Source of the DNA: a virus
Taxonomy: Duplodnaviria; Caudoviricetes
DNA length: 61,758 bases
Reading direction: 5' to 3' (one strand)
Virus record (IMG/VR): IMGVR_UViG_3300033145_001155
Coordinates: 1-61,758 of that record
The position numbers and the translations under genes are program-made. Positions 36,354-43,604 of this stretch are shown one piece after another. How positions within the stretch are numbered: the first letter of the stretch is position 1; each line of letters begins with the position of its first letter. The notes beneath the pieces are model-generated. The model did no database searches and was not told the origin of the DNA. It saw only the letters and a list, made by a program, of their open reading frames with translations.

Positions 36354-36680
36354 TCATTCCGTTAATCCGTTCGCTGGGTACTTTACCCAGTCTCGCTTGC
36401 TAACCTCGCTCCATGTCACTTCCAGCGTGTCTGCCATATTTATACCACTTCTATGGCAATAATCCAACAAGTAGATAAGTATGTCGCCTACTGCATCTTC
36501 CTTAGCGTCAAATATTTCCTCCTTTGACATTCGTATACCTTGTTCGCCTTTTAGATGTGCGTGGCATAGCTCCCCTACTTCCTCCATTATACCAAGTAAA
36601 GGATGCATCGGCGTATTGTTAGGAAAATTATTCCTGGACCATAGACCAACTTCTCTTTGTGTCCACAATAAATCTATCAC
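36354..36680 (-). CDS. MazG-like NTP pyrophosphohydrolase (possible MazZ role)
   Basis: MEEVGEL...EDAVGDILIYL all-alpha NTP-PPase motif. Confidence 0.85.
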   Translation of the reverse strand: MIDLLWTQREVGLWSRNNFPNNTPMHPLLGIMEEVGELCHAHLKGEQGIRMSKEEIFDAKEDAVGDILIYLLDYCHRSGINMADTLEVTWSEVSKRDWVKYPANGLTE

Positions 36681-36761
36681 ACGTCATTCCTCCTCATCCT
36701 GTTAACCTATTATACACTGTCCGACGCACCCAGGCCAAGCCCGTTCTTCGCTCGGTGTGTA

Positions 36762-38360
36762 CTACCCGCTACCCGGTACCCATTTCCCCTCTATCAACCC
36801 AGGCGGTACTGGCACCGTGGCCCTACACTGGAATGCACCGGTAAACCAACGTGGCGCAAATTTCGCGTGCCGCTTCATAAACCAGCCAATGTTGTCGTCA
36901 ATTATTATGTTCTCGCACCAATCATCTTTGGCACGAGTCGCCCTACCTGCAGCTTGAACCAGTTGTTGCATAGCTACATACGCCCCATAATCTGCATCTT
37001 CCTTCGTGCGCGCCTTTACTATTCTGTTTCTTGTGTCTGGGTATGCTATCTTTCCGATAATTTGGAAACGGCATGTATCGTACGGAAAGTCCCAGCCTGT
37101 GGACATACTGGGGCTAACCAGAACCGCCGGAGGCCGCATCTGCTTAAACCTTTGTACCGTTTCCTCCGCGTTGCGTCTCGCGTGCGTCACCATTAGGTCC
37201 GCATATTTGCTGTTTGCCAATACCTCGTCGCGCCTCTTATAGGATACTGTATGTATTATACCGTTTCTATCTCGCCGCGCCTTCACTATTTGGTCTATCT
37301 GATTCAGCCACTTTCTAATACCCATTTTATCTGTGCGAAAGTTCATACGCACGGTAGGTACGTGAGTCAGCATCCGGTTTTCTATAGGAAAAGAATGAGG
37401 AAACTCTGTCATATCGTTGTGCTCCGCTACCACGCCCAACATGTCGGCTGACTTCTGACATACAGTGGCCGAAGTTAGCACTATGCGGTTCACCTGCCTA
37501 AACAGGGCCTTCTCACAATAGGGTGCAGGCCATACAGGGGAAAAGGAAACATGATAGGCGTCATTATCCATCACCCACGTGTTGTCTACGTCTGTTGATA
37601 TTTTCCTTAGCTTGGTCTGCAAGGACTTTATCTTGGACAACTTGCGCCGCAAATTCCTGCTTCCGGCCCCGCCTGCAACGCGCCTTTTTAATTCCTCGCT
37701 CGCGCGTGTCACATGTTGGTAGTTTGCCTTTGCCCACGCCTTCCACTCTATCACGGACAGGTGTATCAGGTCACCTTTGGGTATTATCTCACGTAGTATT
37801 TCGTCCTTCCTGTCTAACACTATGGTTAGGAAGGACGATACTGTGTCCGGCGTAGAGTGGGCCTCGTCACACACCATCAGGTCGAACATACCAAGTCCTT
37901 CACCATACTCATTAGCCGTCATCCAATAGGCATAGTTAGTACTGACCACGCGAGCCAAACGTGCCGCTCGCAGCGCGTCATAGTAGTCACAGCCACCTTC
38001 ATCCTTCAACTGGCACTTCACACCTGCTATGCACGGGCCATGATCACATGTCGTGCCATCCTTCTCCATCCGGCACACATAGGCGTTGCGACCGCGTATG
38101 TCGACCATACCCATACAGGAAAAGTCCCTTAGTAGCTGTGATTGTAGTCCCTTGGTACTGGTTAATATTATGGTGCGCCCACCGAGTAACACGGCGGCGG
38201 ATACATAGGCGAGAGACTTGCCGAAGCCTGTCGGGGCTACCTGGGTTATAAACCGGCTCTGGCTGTCTACTATCTGCAGTATTGCGGAAGGCTGATTGTC
38301 TCGCCACTCTGTGTACGGTAGGCCGAATGCATCAGGTGGCGGCAGCGCGTGGTCTGTCAT
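36762..38360 (-). CDS. DinG/XPD-family SF2 helicase with putative Fe-S cluster
   Basis: APTGFGKS, DEAH, TSAT, GWDFP, QAAGRATR..DD; Cys cluster after RGRNAYVC. Confidence 0.9.
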   Translation of the reverse strand: MTDHALPPPDAFGLPYTEWRDNQPSAILQIVDSQSRFITQVAPTGFGKSLAYVSAAVLLGGRTIILTSTKGLQSQLLRDFSCMGMVDIRGRNAYVCRMEKDGTTCDHGPCIAGVKCQLKDEGGCDYYDALRAARLARVVSTNYAYWMTANEYGEGLGMFDLMVCDEAHSTPDTVSSFLTIVLDRKDEILREIIPKGDLIHLSVIEWKAWAKANYQHVTRASEELKRRVAGGAGSRNLRRKLSKIKSLQTKLRKISTDVDNTWVMDNDAYHVSFSPVWPAPYCEKALFRQVNRIVLTSATVCQKSADMLGVVAEHNDMTEFPHSFPIENRMLTHVPTVRMNFRTDKMGIRKWLNQIDQIVKARRDRNGIIHTVSYKRRDEVLANSKYADLMVTHARRNAEETVQRFKQMRPPAVLVSPSMSTGWDFPYDTCRFQIIGKIAYPDTRNRIVKARTKEDADYGAYVAMQQLVQAAGRATRAKDDWCENIIIDDNIGWFMKRHAKFAPRWFTGAFQCRATVPVPPGLIEGKWVPGSG

Positions 38361-38572
38361 ATATATGTGGTTACCCCTTTCTCACGTACTTGTTTATTCA
38401 GGCTGTCGAAAACATATGCACTACTGCACCCCTCGGCCTGAATACGTATATCATCCTTAGTCATAGCTACGAATAAATGCTTGACGTTGTGAGTATAGTA
38501 ATGGTTCATACCTACGATATTCCAATCATCTAATGGAGCCTCGTCCCATGGAAACCTAACATCCGGTGGCAT
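38357..38572 (-). CDS. Small hypothetical protein, paralogue of the C-terminal domain of 30755..31348
   Basis: PWDEAPLDDWNIVGMNHY...LFVAMT; ATGA overlap with the helicase. Confidence 0.75.
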   Translation of the reverse strand: MPPDVRFPWDEAPLDDWNIVGMNHYYTHNVKHLFVAMTKDDIRIQAEGCSSAYVFDSLNKQVREKGVTTYI

Positions 38573-38603
38573 ATATTTCCTCCTCTTGATGTTGCCCTAT
38601 GCT

Positions 38604-39146
38604 CTATTCTTCCTTCTTCACACGTAGGCTTGCTTTAGGTGCGTCTTTTATGATGTGACCCCAGCGGTCATCAATTTCCTTGTGATATTTGTCCTTCCAA
38701 TACCCATCCGGCATGCGCCCGATACGGCCTTGCACCTGCAACAGCAACCGGCGCGCTTCACCTACTGCGCCCTGGCCCATGTGCGAGTTTATACGCTCCG
38801 ATAGTTTTTCAAACACAAGCTGGAATTCATTGTTGAATTCCTCGTCTCGCATTATATCCAAGATAGCGTCCACTTCCGCCGTGACACTGGGTATAGGGGC
38901 TAATACTTCCAACCAACGCAAGTGCCTTGCCATAGCATGGCGTAACAGATCGCCCTTGGTGCGGTAGGGATAACGCTTAGACTCTATACATACGACTACT
39001 TGGTGGGAGTGTCCTGGTTGACAACGAAAGTACATCCGGTTAGTGTGTCCGCGTGTGTCCGTAGCCGGTACGCGGAACTCAATTGGGTTTAATGTTCTGT
39101 CTTCTACTACGGTTAGTCCATCTGTTGCGTTTGACCCCTCTGGCAT
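38604..39146 (-). CDS. Putative ribbon-helix-helix DNA-binding protein
   Basis: RMYFRC...YRTKGDLLRHAM pattern; AAGGAG RBS. Confidence 0.5.
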   Translation of the reverse strand: MPEGSNATDGLTVVEDRTLNPIEFRVPATDTRGHTNRMYFRCQPGHSHQVVVCIESKRYPYRTKGDLLRHAMARHLRWLEVLAPIPSVTAEVDAILDIMRDEEFNNEFQLVFEKLSERINSHMGQGAVGEARRLLLQVQGRIGRMPDGYWKDKYHKEIDDRWGHIIKDAPKASLRVKKEE

Positions 39147-39162
39147 GGCTGCTCCTTTCGTG

Positions 39163-39483
39163 TTATGTTGGCTGTGAATGTAAGATGGTTGCTAGTATGT
39201 TCCTTACTGACGTGCGTACCGACATATCGGCCTTTTCCTTAATTGTTAGTGCGCCAACCCTATTGCCCACAGTTAGGTAGCGCGGGCTTGGGTCATATAT
39301 GCGGGCGAGTAACACGTTACGCCTTCTGTGTGCCCAGGAACGGTCGGCGTTGGAAAGGTCACCCATATCTATTATAAGGTCTAAGGAGTGCAACTCCGTT
39401 TGCGGGTACTTGAACGTACATGCCTTGTGCTCCAGCAAGCGGGTACTACTAACGCCTATGTGACTTTCGCTCAATGGCACCAA
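39163..39483 (-). CDS. Hypothetical protein
   Basis: 106 aa; AAGGAGG RBS. Confidence 0.6.
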   Translation of the reverse strand: MVPLSESHIGVSSTRLLEHKACTFKYPQTELHSLDLIIDMGDLSNADRSWAHRRRNVLLARIYDPSPRYLTVGNRVGALTIKEKADMSVRTSVRNILATILHSQPT

Positions 39484-39643
39484 CCTCCTTCCTTATCCTG
39501 GCGCGGCGGATTGGTCCTGCAGTTTCATACTCCTTCTCAAGCCGTTGTACTTTGCGACGGATTGGGTCACGCGGTGCGACCTTAACTAAATACTTGGCGC
39601 GCGAGTAGGTGCCACGACCTCTCGCTATGTCTTGTGCTTGCAT
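39449..39643 (-). CDS. Small basic protein
   Basis: First ORF after the leftward sigma70 promoter; GGAG RBS. Confidence 0.6.
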   Translation of the reverse strand: MQAQDIARGRGTYSRAKYLVKVAPRDPIRRKVQRLEKEYETAGPIRRARIRKEVGAIERKSHRR

Positions 39644-39718
39644 TGAACTCTCCGTTCGCTGTGATGTGCGTTAGTGTCAATGTGCCACATTGCTGCGTTG
39701 CGCCACGGACACCTCAAC

Positions 39719-39747
39719 ATTATACCACGCCGGACGGCCCGCGTCAA
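39719..39747 (-). promoter_or_regulatory. Sigma70 promoter for the replication module
   Basis: TTGACG-17 nt-TATAAT with extended TG. Confidence 0.85.
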
Positions 39748-39785
39748 GCGTCTTTTGTTAGGCCGCGCTGTGTTGCAGAGTTGGA

Positions 39786-39815
39786 TTGCGGGCGGCACTG
39801 GCCACGTGGTATACT
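39786..39815 (+). promoter_or_regulatory. Divergent sigma70 promoter
   Basis: TTGCGG-18 nt-TATACT with extended TG; shares CGTGGTATA with the leftward promoter. Confidence 0.65.
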
Positions 39816-39821
39816 ATGTGT

Positions 39822-40013
39822 ATGAAACGGACTGCGATTACACTACGGGTAAAGAAGGAAATAGCACGCCTACATAAAGATGGGTTGAAGGCTGAGGAAG
39901 TAGTAGTCAGAACAGGCATCGCGCCCGAGCGCGTGTGCAAAATATTAAGGATTTATGAAGATAACATACGTAAAAAGTATGGGGTGAAGGCGGTACGAGA
40001 TGCGGATAGTTAG
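39822..40013 (+). CDS. Small HTH protein, probably leaderless
   Basis: GLKAEEVVVRTGIAPERVCKIL HTH pattern; ATG is the 7th nt after the -10 box, no RBS. Confidence 0.6.
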   Translation: MKRTAITLRVKKEIARLHKDGLKAEEVVVRTGIAPERVCKILRIYEDNIRKKYGVKAVRDADS

Positions 40014-40158
40014 GGTTGGCGAGCAATACTGTATAGACTGCAAGCACCACGGTACTGACGTAAATAAAGAACCGTGCAAAGAGTGTATGGAGATGTATGA
40101 GCAAGGAGGGCCAATACGAGTATACTGGGAGAAGGAGGACGAAGGACAAGATGGATGA
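40000..40158 (+). CDS. 52-aa CxxC...PCxxC protein, not in ORF track
   Basis: MRIVRVGEQYCIDCKHH...EPCKEC; overlaps both neighbours. Confidence 0.65.
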   Translation: MRIVRVGEQYCIDCKHHGTDVNKEPCKECMEMYEQGGPIRVYWEKEDEGQDG

Positions 40159-40807
40159 CCCATACCGAACGCTGAACGTCAATAATACCGTAACGCCTAA
40201 CGGTATAAAGCGCGCGTATAGGGATGCTGCACGTAAGGCGCATCCTGACCAAGGGGGTAGCATCGATGCGTTCGACCAAGCGCATAAGGCATACCTACTG
40301 CTATCTGACCCTGAGGCGCGGGATGAGTACGATCGAACCGGGCAATATACACACCATGTCGTGTCTGAGGAATACCAGGTACAGCAAGGGGCTATTGGGC
40401 TGCTTGGTAGTATGTTCAATATGTACCTAAGTCAGGCAAGTGATGATATGCTATACCAAGATTGTACTGAGGTGTTACGGCAAACCCTGGACGACAGGTT
40501 AGATAAGCTGGAAGGACAGTTAGACGACAACAATGAGAAGGACAAATTGTTTAGCGACATGAAAGGGCGTCTAAGGTTCACGGGGCAAAGCATAGATGTT
40601 ATGGGCGGTGTAATAAAAGGGGTATTGGATAGTATAAGCAAGGCCAGGCCGCGCTTGGAATTTGAAATAAAGTGTTGTAAGGTGGCAATAGAAATGCTGG
40701 AGGATTATAAATTTAACGCAAAGGAAGATAACGCGGGTCCTTGGGTTGACGTTGGGTACGGGTATAGTGGGAACGACAACAGCACTACAGCGAGAGGTAA
40801 TTGGTAA
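40151..40807 (+). CDS. J-domain (DnaJ-like) protein
   Basis: DPYRTL...IKRAYR..ARKAHPDQGG...AYLLLSDPEAR.EYDRTG; HPD motif intact. Confidence 0.92.
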   Translation: MDDPYRTLNVNNTVTPNGIKRAYRDAARKAHPDQGGSIDAFDQAHKAYLLLSDPEARDEYDRTGQYTHHVVSEEYQVQQGAIGLLGSMFNMYLSQASDDMLYQDCTEVLRQTLDDRLDKLEGQLDDNNEKDKLFSDMKGRLRFTGQSIDVMGGVIKGVLDSISKARPRLEFEIKCCKVAIEMLEDYKFNAKEDNAGPWVDVGYGYSGNDNSTTARGNW

Positions 40808-40808
40808 T

Positions 40809-41072
40809 ATGCTAAGCAAACGTGAAAAAGATGACTGGAAAGGTGTTATACAGACACTACTTATAATAGGGGCTATTTTTGCCATCATATTGTTCATAAA
40901 CACTAGCTTGTCTTCACTCTTCCAGCCGAGTGGCAGTGGCAAGTACCTGCAACAGCAAATTACCGACCTATCCGAGCAAGTGCACAGATTAGAGTGCAGG
41001 TACACTAACATCTGCAAGTGGGCCAAGGAGTACAAGTGGAATGAATATGAAAAGGGAATGGGAGGTGGGTGA
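40809..41072 (+). CDS. Small membrane protein
   Basis: One TM helix; GAGG RBS. Confidence 0.65.
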   Translation: MLSKREKDDWKGVIQTLLIIGAIFAIILFINTSLSSLFQPSGSGKYLQQQITDLSEQVHRLECRYTNICKWAKEYKWNEYEKGMGGG

Positions 41073-41413
41073 TGGTTAAGCCAGAACCAAAGCCGGAAAA
41101 GAAGTGGTGGGGTGTAGTTTATGCGTGGAAGGAGCACAGTGACGTCAACTTCACCAGTTTCAAGCGGGTAATGAAGATACTCGACCCCTACATAACACGT
41201 GTAGACGTTGAGGTATATGCCCTGCCGGATGAAGTTACTGTGATGTTGGACAACGAAATAGCTGGGGCGGGGTTCGATCTGCGCGAAAAGGAGTACTTGG
41301 GGGATGAGCCTGGACCGCAATTTGATAACGTGCGTTGTCCGGCGTGTGGTATGGGTAACGCAAAGGACAAGAAATTACCGGAAGAATGCTTCTGGTGTAA
41401 AAGGTTGGTATAG
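41069..41413 (+). CDS. Hypothetical protein with C-terminal CxxC...CxxC
   Basis: GGAGG RBS; GTGA overlap. Confidence 0.65.
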   Translation: MMVKPEPKPEKKWWGVVYAWKEHSDVNFTSFKRVMKILDPYITRVDVEVYALPDEVTVMLDNEIAGAGFDLREKEYLGDEPGPQFDNVRCPACGMGNAKDKKLPEECFWCKRLV

Positions 41414-41438
41414 GTGTAGGTCAAACGGAGGACGGCTA

Positions 41439-41618
41439 ATGTCAGACCAGGAATACTACATGCCTTGGGGCAAACATAGTGGCAAGAACATAGATGATGT
41501 GCCACGGCATTACCTGACGTGGATATCGGAACAGGAGTGGATAGAGGAACACCCTGAACTGGAAGAAGCCATAGAGGAACAATTAGCGATGCGAGACAGA
41601 AGCCACGTTACGTTTTAG
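41439..41618 (+). CDS. DUF3820/ExoX C-terminal-like small protein
   Basis: MPWGKHSGKNIDDVPRHYLTW; GGAGG RBS. Confidence 0.8.
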   Translation: MSDQEYYMPWGKHSGKNIDDVPRHYLTWISEQEWIEEHPELEEAIEEQLAMRDRSHVTF

Positions 41619-42219
41619 CCGCAGGGTTTGGCTCGTACACACCGTACACTTCATACCTCTTCTGTTGCTTGAACCAGCCGTGAACCTCAGTCGGAGTCGG
41701 GTGACGCTTGTAAAATGAGAAGTACCAGGCATCCAGTATCTTAATTAAATCGGCATAGTCACTACATACCCGCCGATCCGGATGATTGAATCTCCGCCAT
41801 CCTATTAATATGCCCCAAATCTGTTGCCAATCATAGAATCTATCCGCTTTTGGTAAGGCCAGTAGCCGTCTGATCTCTGTTTGAAAAGCCTTTGTTTTAT
41901 CGGCGTTACCATACCAGGTCGGACAGTACCAAAGCTTGATGCGGTATTTGGCCAAGTACCGTTCAATGGGCACCTCCTCAAAGTAAGCATCCTGTGAGGC
42001 GAAATATCCGGGCCGGTGCAACCACATGAAGTGACTATATTCACCGTGCTGGTGTGCTTTTATCTGCCTTGTGAACCAGCCCATGATACCACCGCCCAGG
42101 TAATCAGACAACGCAGCCAGAGGATAATGGCGCAGTGGGATGCTTAATAGATCGTCTGCTGTCAGCGCCCTTATACCCGTACGATCTTGAACATGAAGTT
42201 CTGTTTCTCCGGTATCCAT
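41608..42219 (-). CDS. Permuted papain-like (YaeF/YiiX, NlpC/P60) amidase
   Basis: GEYSH...YDW..I.G...RVCSD (His before Cys). Confidence 0.7.
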   Translation of the reverse strand: MDTGETELHVQDRTGIRALTADDLLSIPLRHYPLAALSDYLGGGIMGWFTRQIKAHQHGEYSHFMWLHRPGYFASQDAYFEEVPIERYLAKYRIKLWYCPTWYGNADKTKAFQTEIRRLLALPKADRFYDWQQIWGILIGWRRFNHPDRRVCSDYADLIKILDAWYFSFYKRHPTPTEVHGWFKQQKRYEVYGVYEPNPAAKT

Positions 42220-42878
42220 TCTATCTCCCTATACCACATATCTTTTGTAGTTTTACCACTGGCAACAATCCAGTCAATACCGGCTTTATCCTGCCAAATA
42301 TCCGCCTGGTGTTGGTGACCCATTAAGATCAGATTGACTTTATGATATCTGAGCATGCGCATTAAATCAGAGCTGTCGTCAAGCTCCATAGTAAAGCCAC
42401 GATTGAACACATGATGGTGAAGGGGAACCACAGTAGGCAGGTCGGGGTAGCCGCTCAGGATTACGTCCAATGTGGTCAACTGTTTCGTGCCGATCTCGCC
42501 ACTGGCAAATTCCAGCTTGGATTTTGCGTTACCGATACAGGAGTCCAAAGCAACGAACCTGACTCCATCTATAATCTCCACTATTGGATATGTCCTAAGC
42601 TCGACTAAGTCTCTGAAATGCACATGTGCCTTTTTGGAGTACGTGTTTCCGAGCCTCCCGTAGTCGTGGTTGCCTGGCACAAACAGAAACTTAATGCCTG
42701 CTGCCTTAGCAGGCGCTATCATGTCAAAAAAGGTTATATATTCTTTCTGTGTTCCATTCTTGGTCAGATCGCCTGTACAAACCACCAATGTACCTTTGGG
42801 GTAGTTGCGGATAATATGCTGAAGGATAGCCGGGAACCGGCTGCTTATGTGTGGGTCGCTTATGTGGGTAAATTTCAT
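42171..42878 (-). CDS. Calcineurin-like metallophosphoesterase
   Basis: HISDPH, TGDLT, PGNHD, LHHH, GHQH. Confidence 0.92.
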   Translation of the reverse strand: MKFTHISDPHISSRFPAILQHIIRNYPKGTLVVCTGDLTKNGTQKEYITFFDMIAPAKAAGIKFLFVPGNHDYGRLGNTYSKKAHVHFRDLVELRTYPIVEIIDGVRFVALDSCIGNAKSKLEFASGEIGTKQLTTLDVILSGYPDLPTVVPLHHHVFNRGFTMELDDSSDLMRMLRYHKVNLILMGHQHQADIWQDKAGIDWIVASGKTTKDMWYREIEWIPEKQNFMFKIVRV

Positions 42879-42909
42879 ATTTCCTCACCGTCCTCTTCCA
42901 ATAACCATT

Positions 42910-43257
42910 TCACTTACCTCCATTATACTGAGCGTGTATCCACTCGGCCCGTAAGGTCTTTTTATAGTAAATATAATACATTGGCCCAAGACCTCTTTGC
43001 ATTCGGCTAACAATTTCATTGCGATCTACATCAAGAGCAAGATGCCGTGTCCTGAAATCAAAGGCGCAGCAAATCAAATGCTTACTGTTAGGTTTCCCAC
43101 TCTCAACTGGTTCTGCACCCCTGGTAATCCAGACGGGATACTCAGAAGGAATGCACGCACTAAAAGCATTAATAATTACCCCCACAGGCAAAAACAGAAA
43201 ATGCTCGGGTCGCAACAGTACGTCTTCCTTTATATACAGGTCTCTGTCAATCATCAT
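42910..43257 (-). CDS. Putative endolysin (peptidase M15-like)
   Basis: ITRG...SKHL...AFDFR...WIHAQY Zn-peptidase pattern; next to a holin-like gene. Confidence 0.7.
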   Translation of the reverse strand: MMIDRDLYIKEDVLLRPEHFLFLPVGVIINAFSACIPSEYPVWITRGAEPVESGKPNSKHLICCAFDFRTRHLALDVDRNEIVSRMQRGLGPMYYIYYKKTLRAEWIHAQYNGGK

Positions 43258-43274
43258 CTTAGTCTTCCTCTCCC

Positions 43275-43604
43275 TTAACTGCTCCGGTCCAACAGCAATC
43301 CAACACCAACCTTGATACCCGCTATGTCTTTGCCCTGGCTGACCTGTTCCTTTGTGAGATCAGTTAGCTGTCCATCTATAGCATCGAAGCGCTCACTGCC
43401 CTGTTCGAGGTTTTTGTCTAATGCGGCATGAACGGGGGCATGGTCCTTGACCTCTACGTATAGGTCAGACTTAGATTCCGTTACTGCTTTCTTTGCCTTG
43501 ATGTTTCCATTGAATTTGAGTCCGACCTTTCTTGCTCCGACAAAGACAATCCCTAAGAGCCCAAGCGCTCCCCAAATAGCTTCTGGTGAAATTTCAATTC
43601 CCAT
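43275..43604 (-). CDS. Holin-like membrane protein
   Basis: N-terminal TM helix plus coiled coil, upstream of the peptidase. Confidence 0.5.
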   Translation of the reverse strand: MGIEISPEAIWGALGLLGIVFVGARKVGLKFNGNIKAKKAVTESKSDLYVEVKDHAPVHAALDKNLEQGSERFDAIDGQLTDLTKEQVSQGKDIAGIKVGVGLLLDRSS

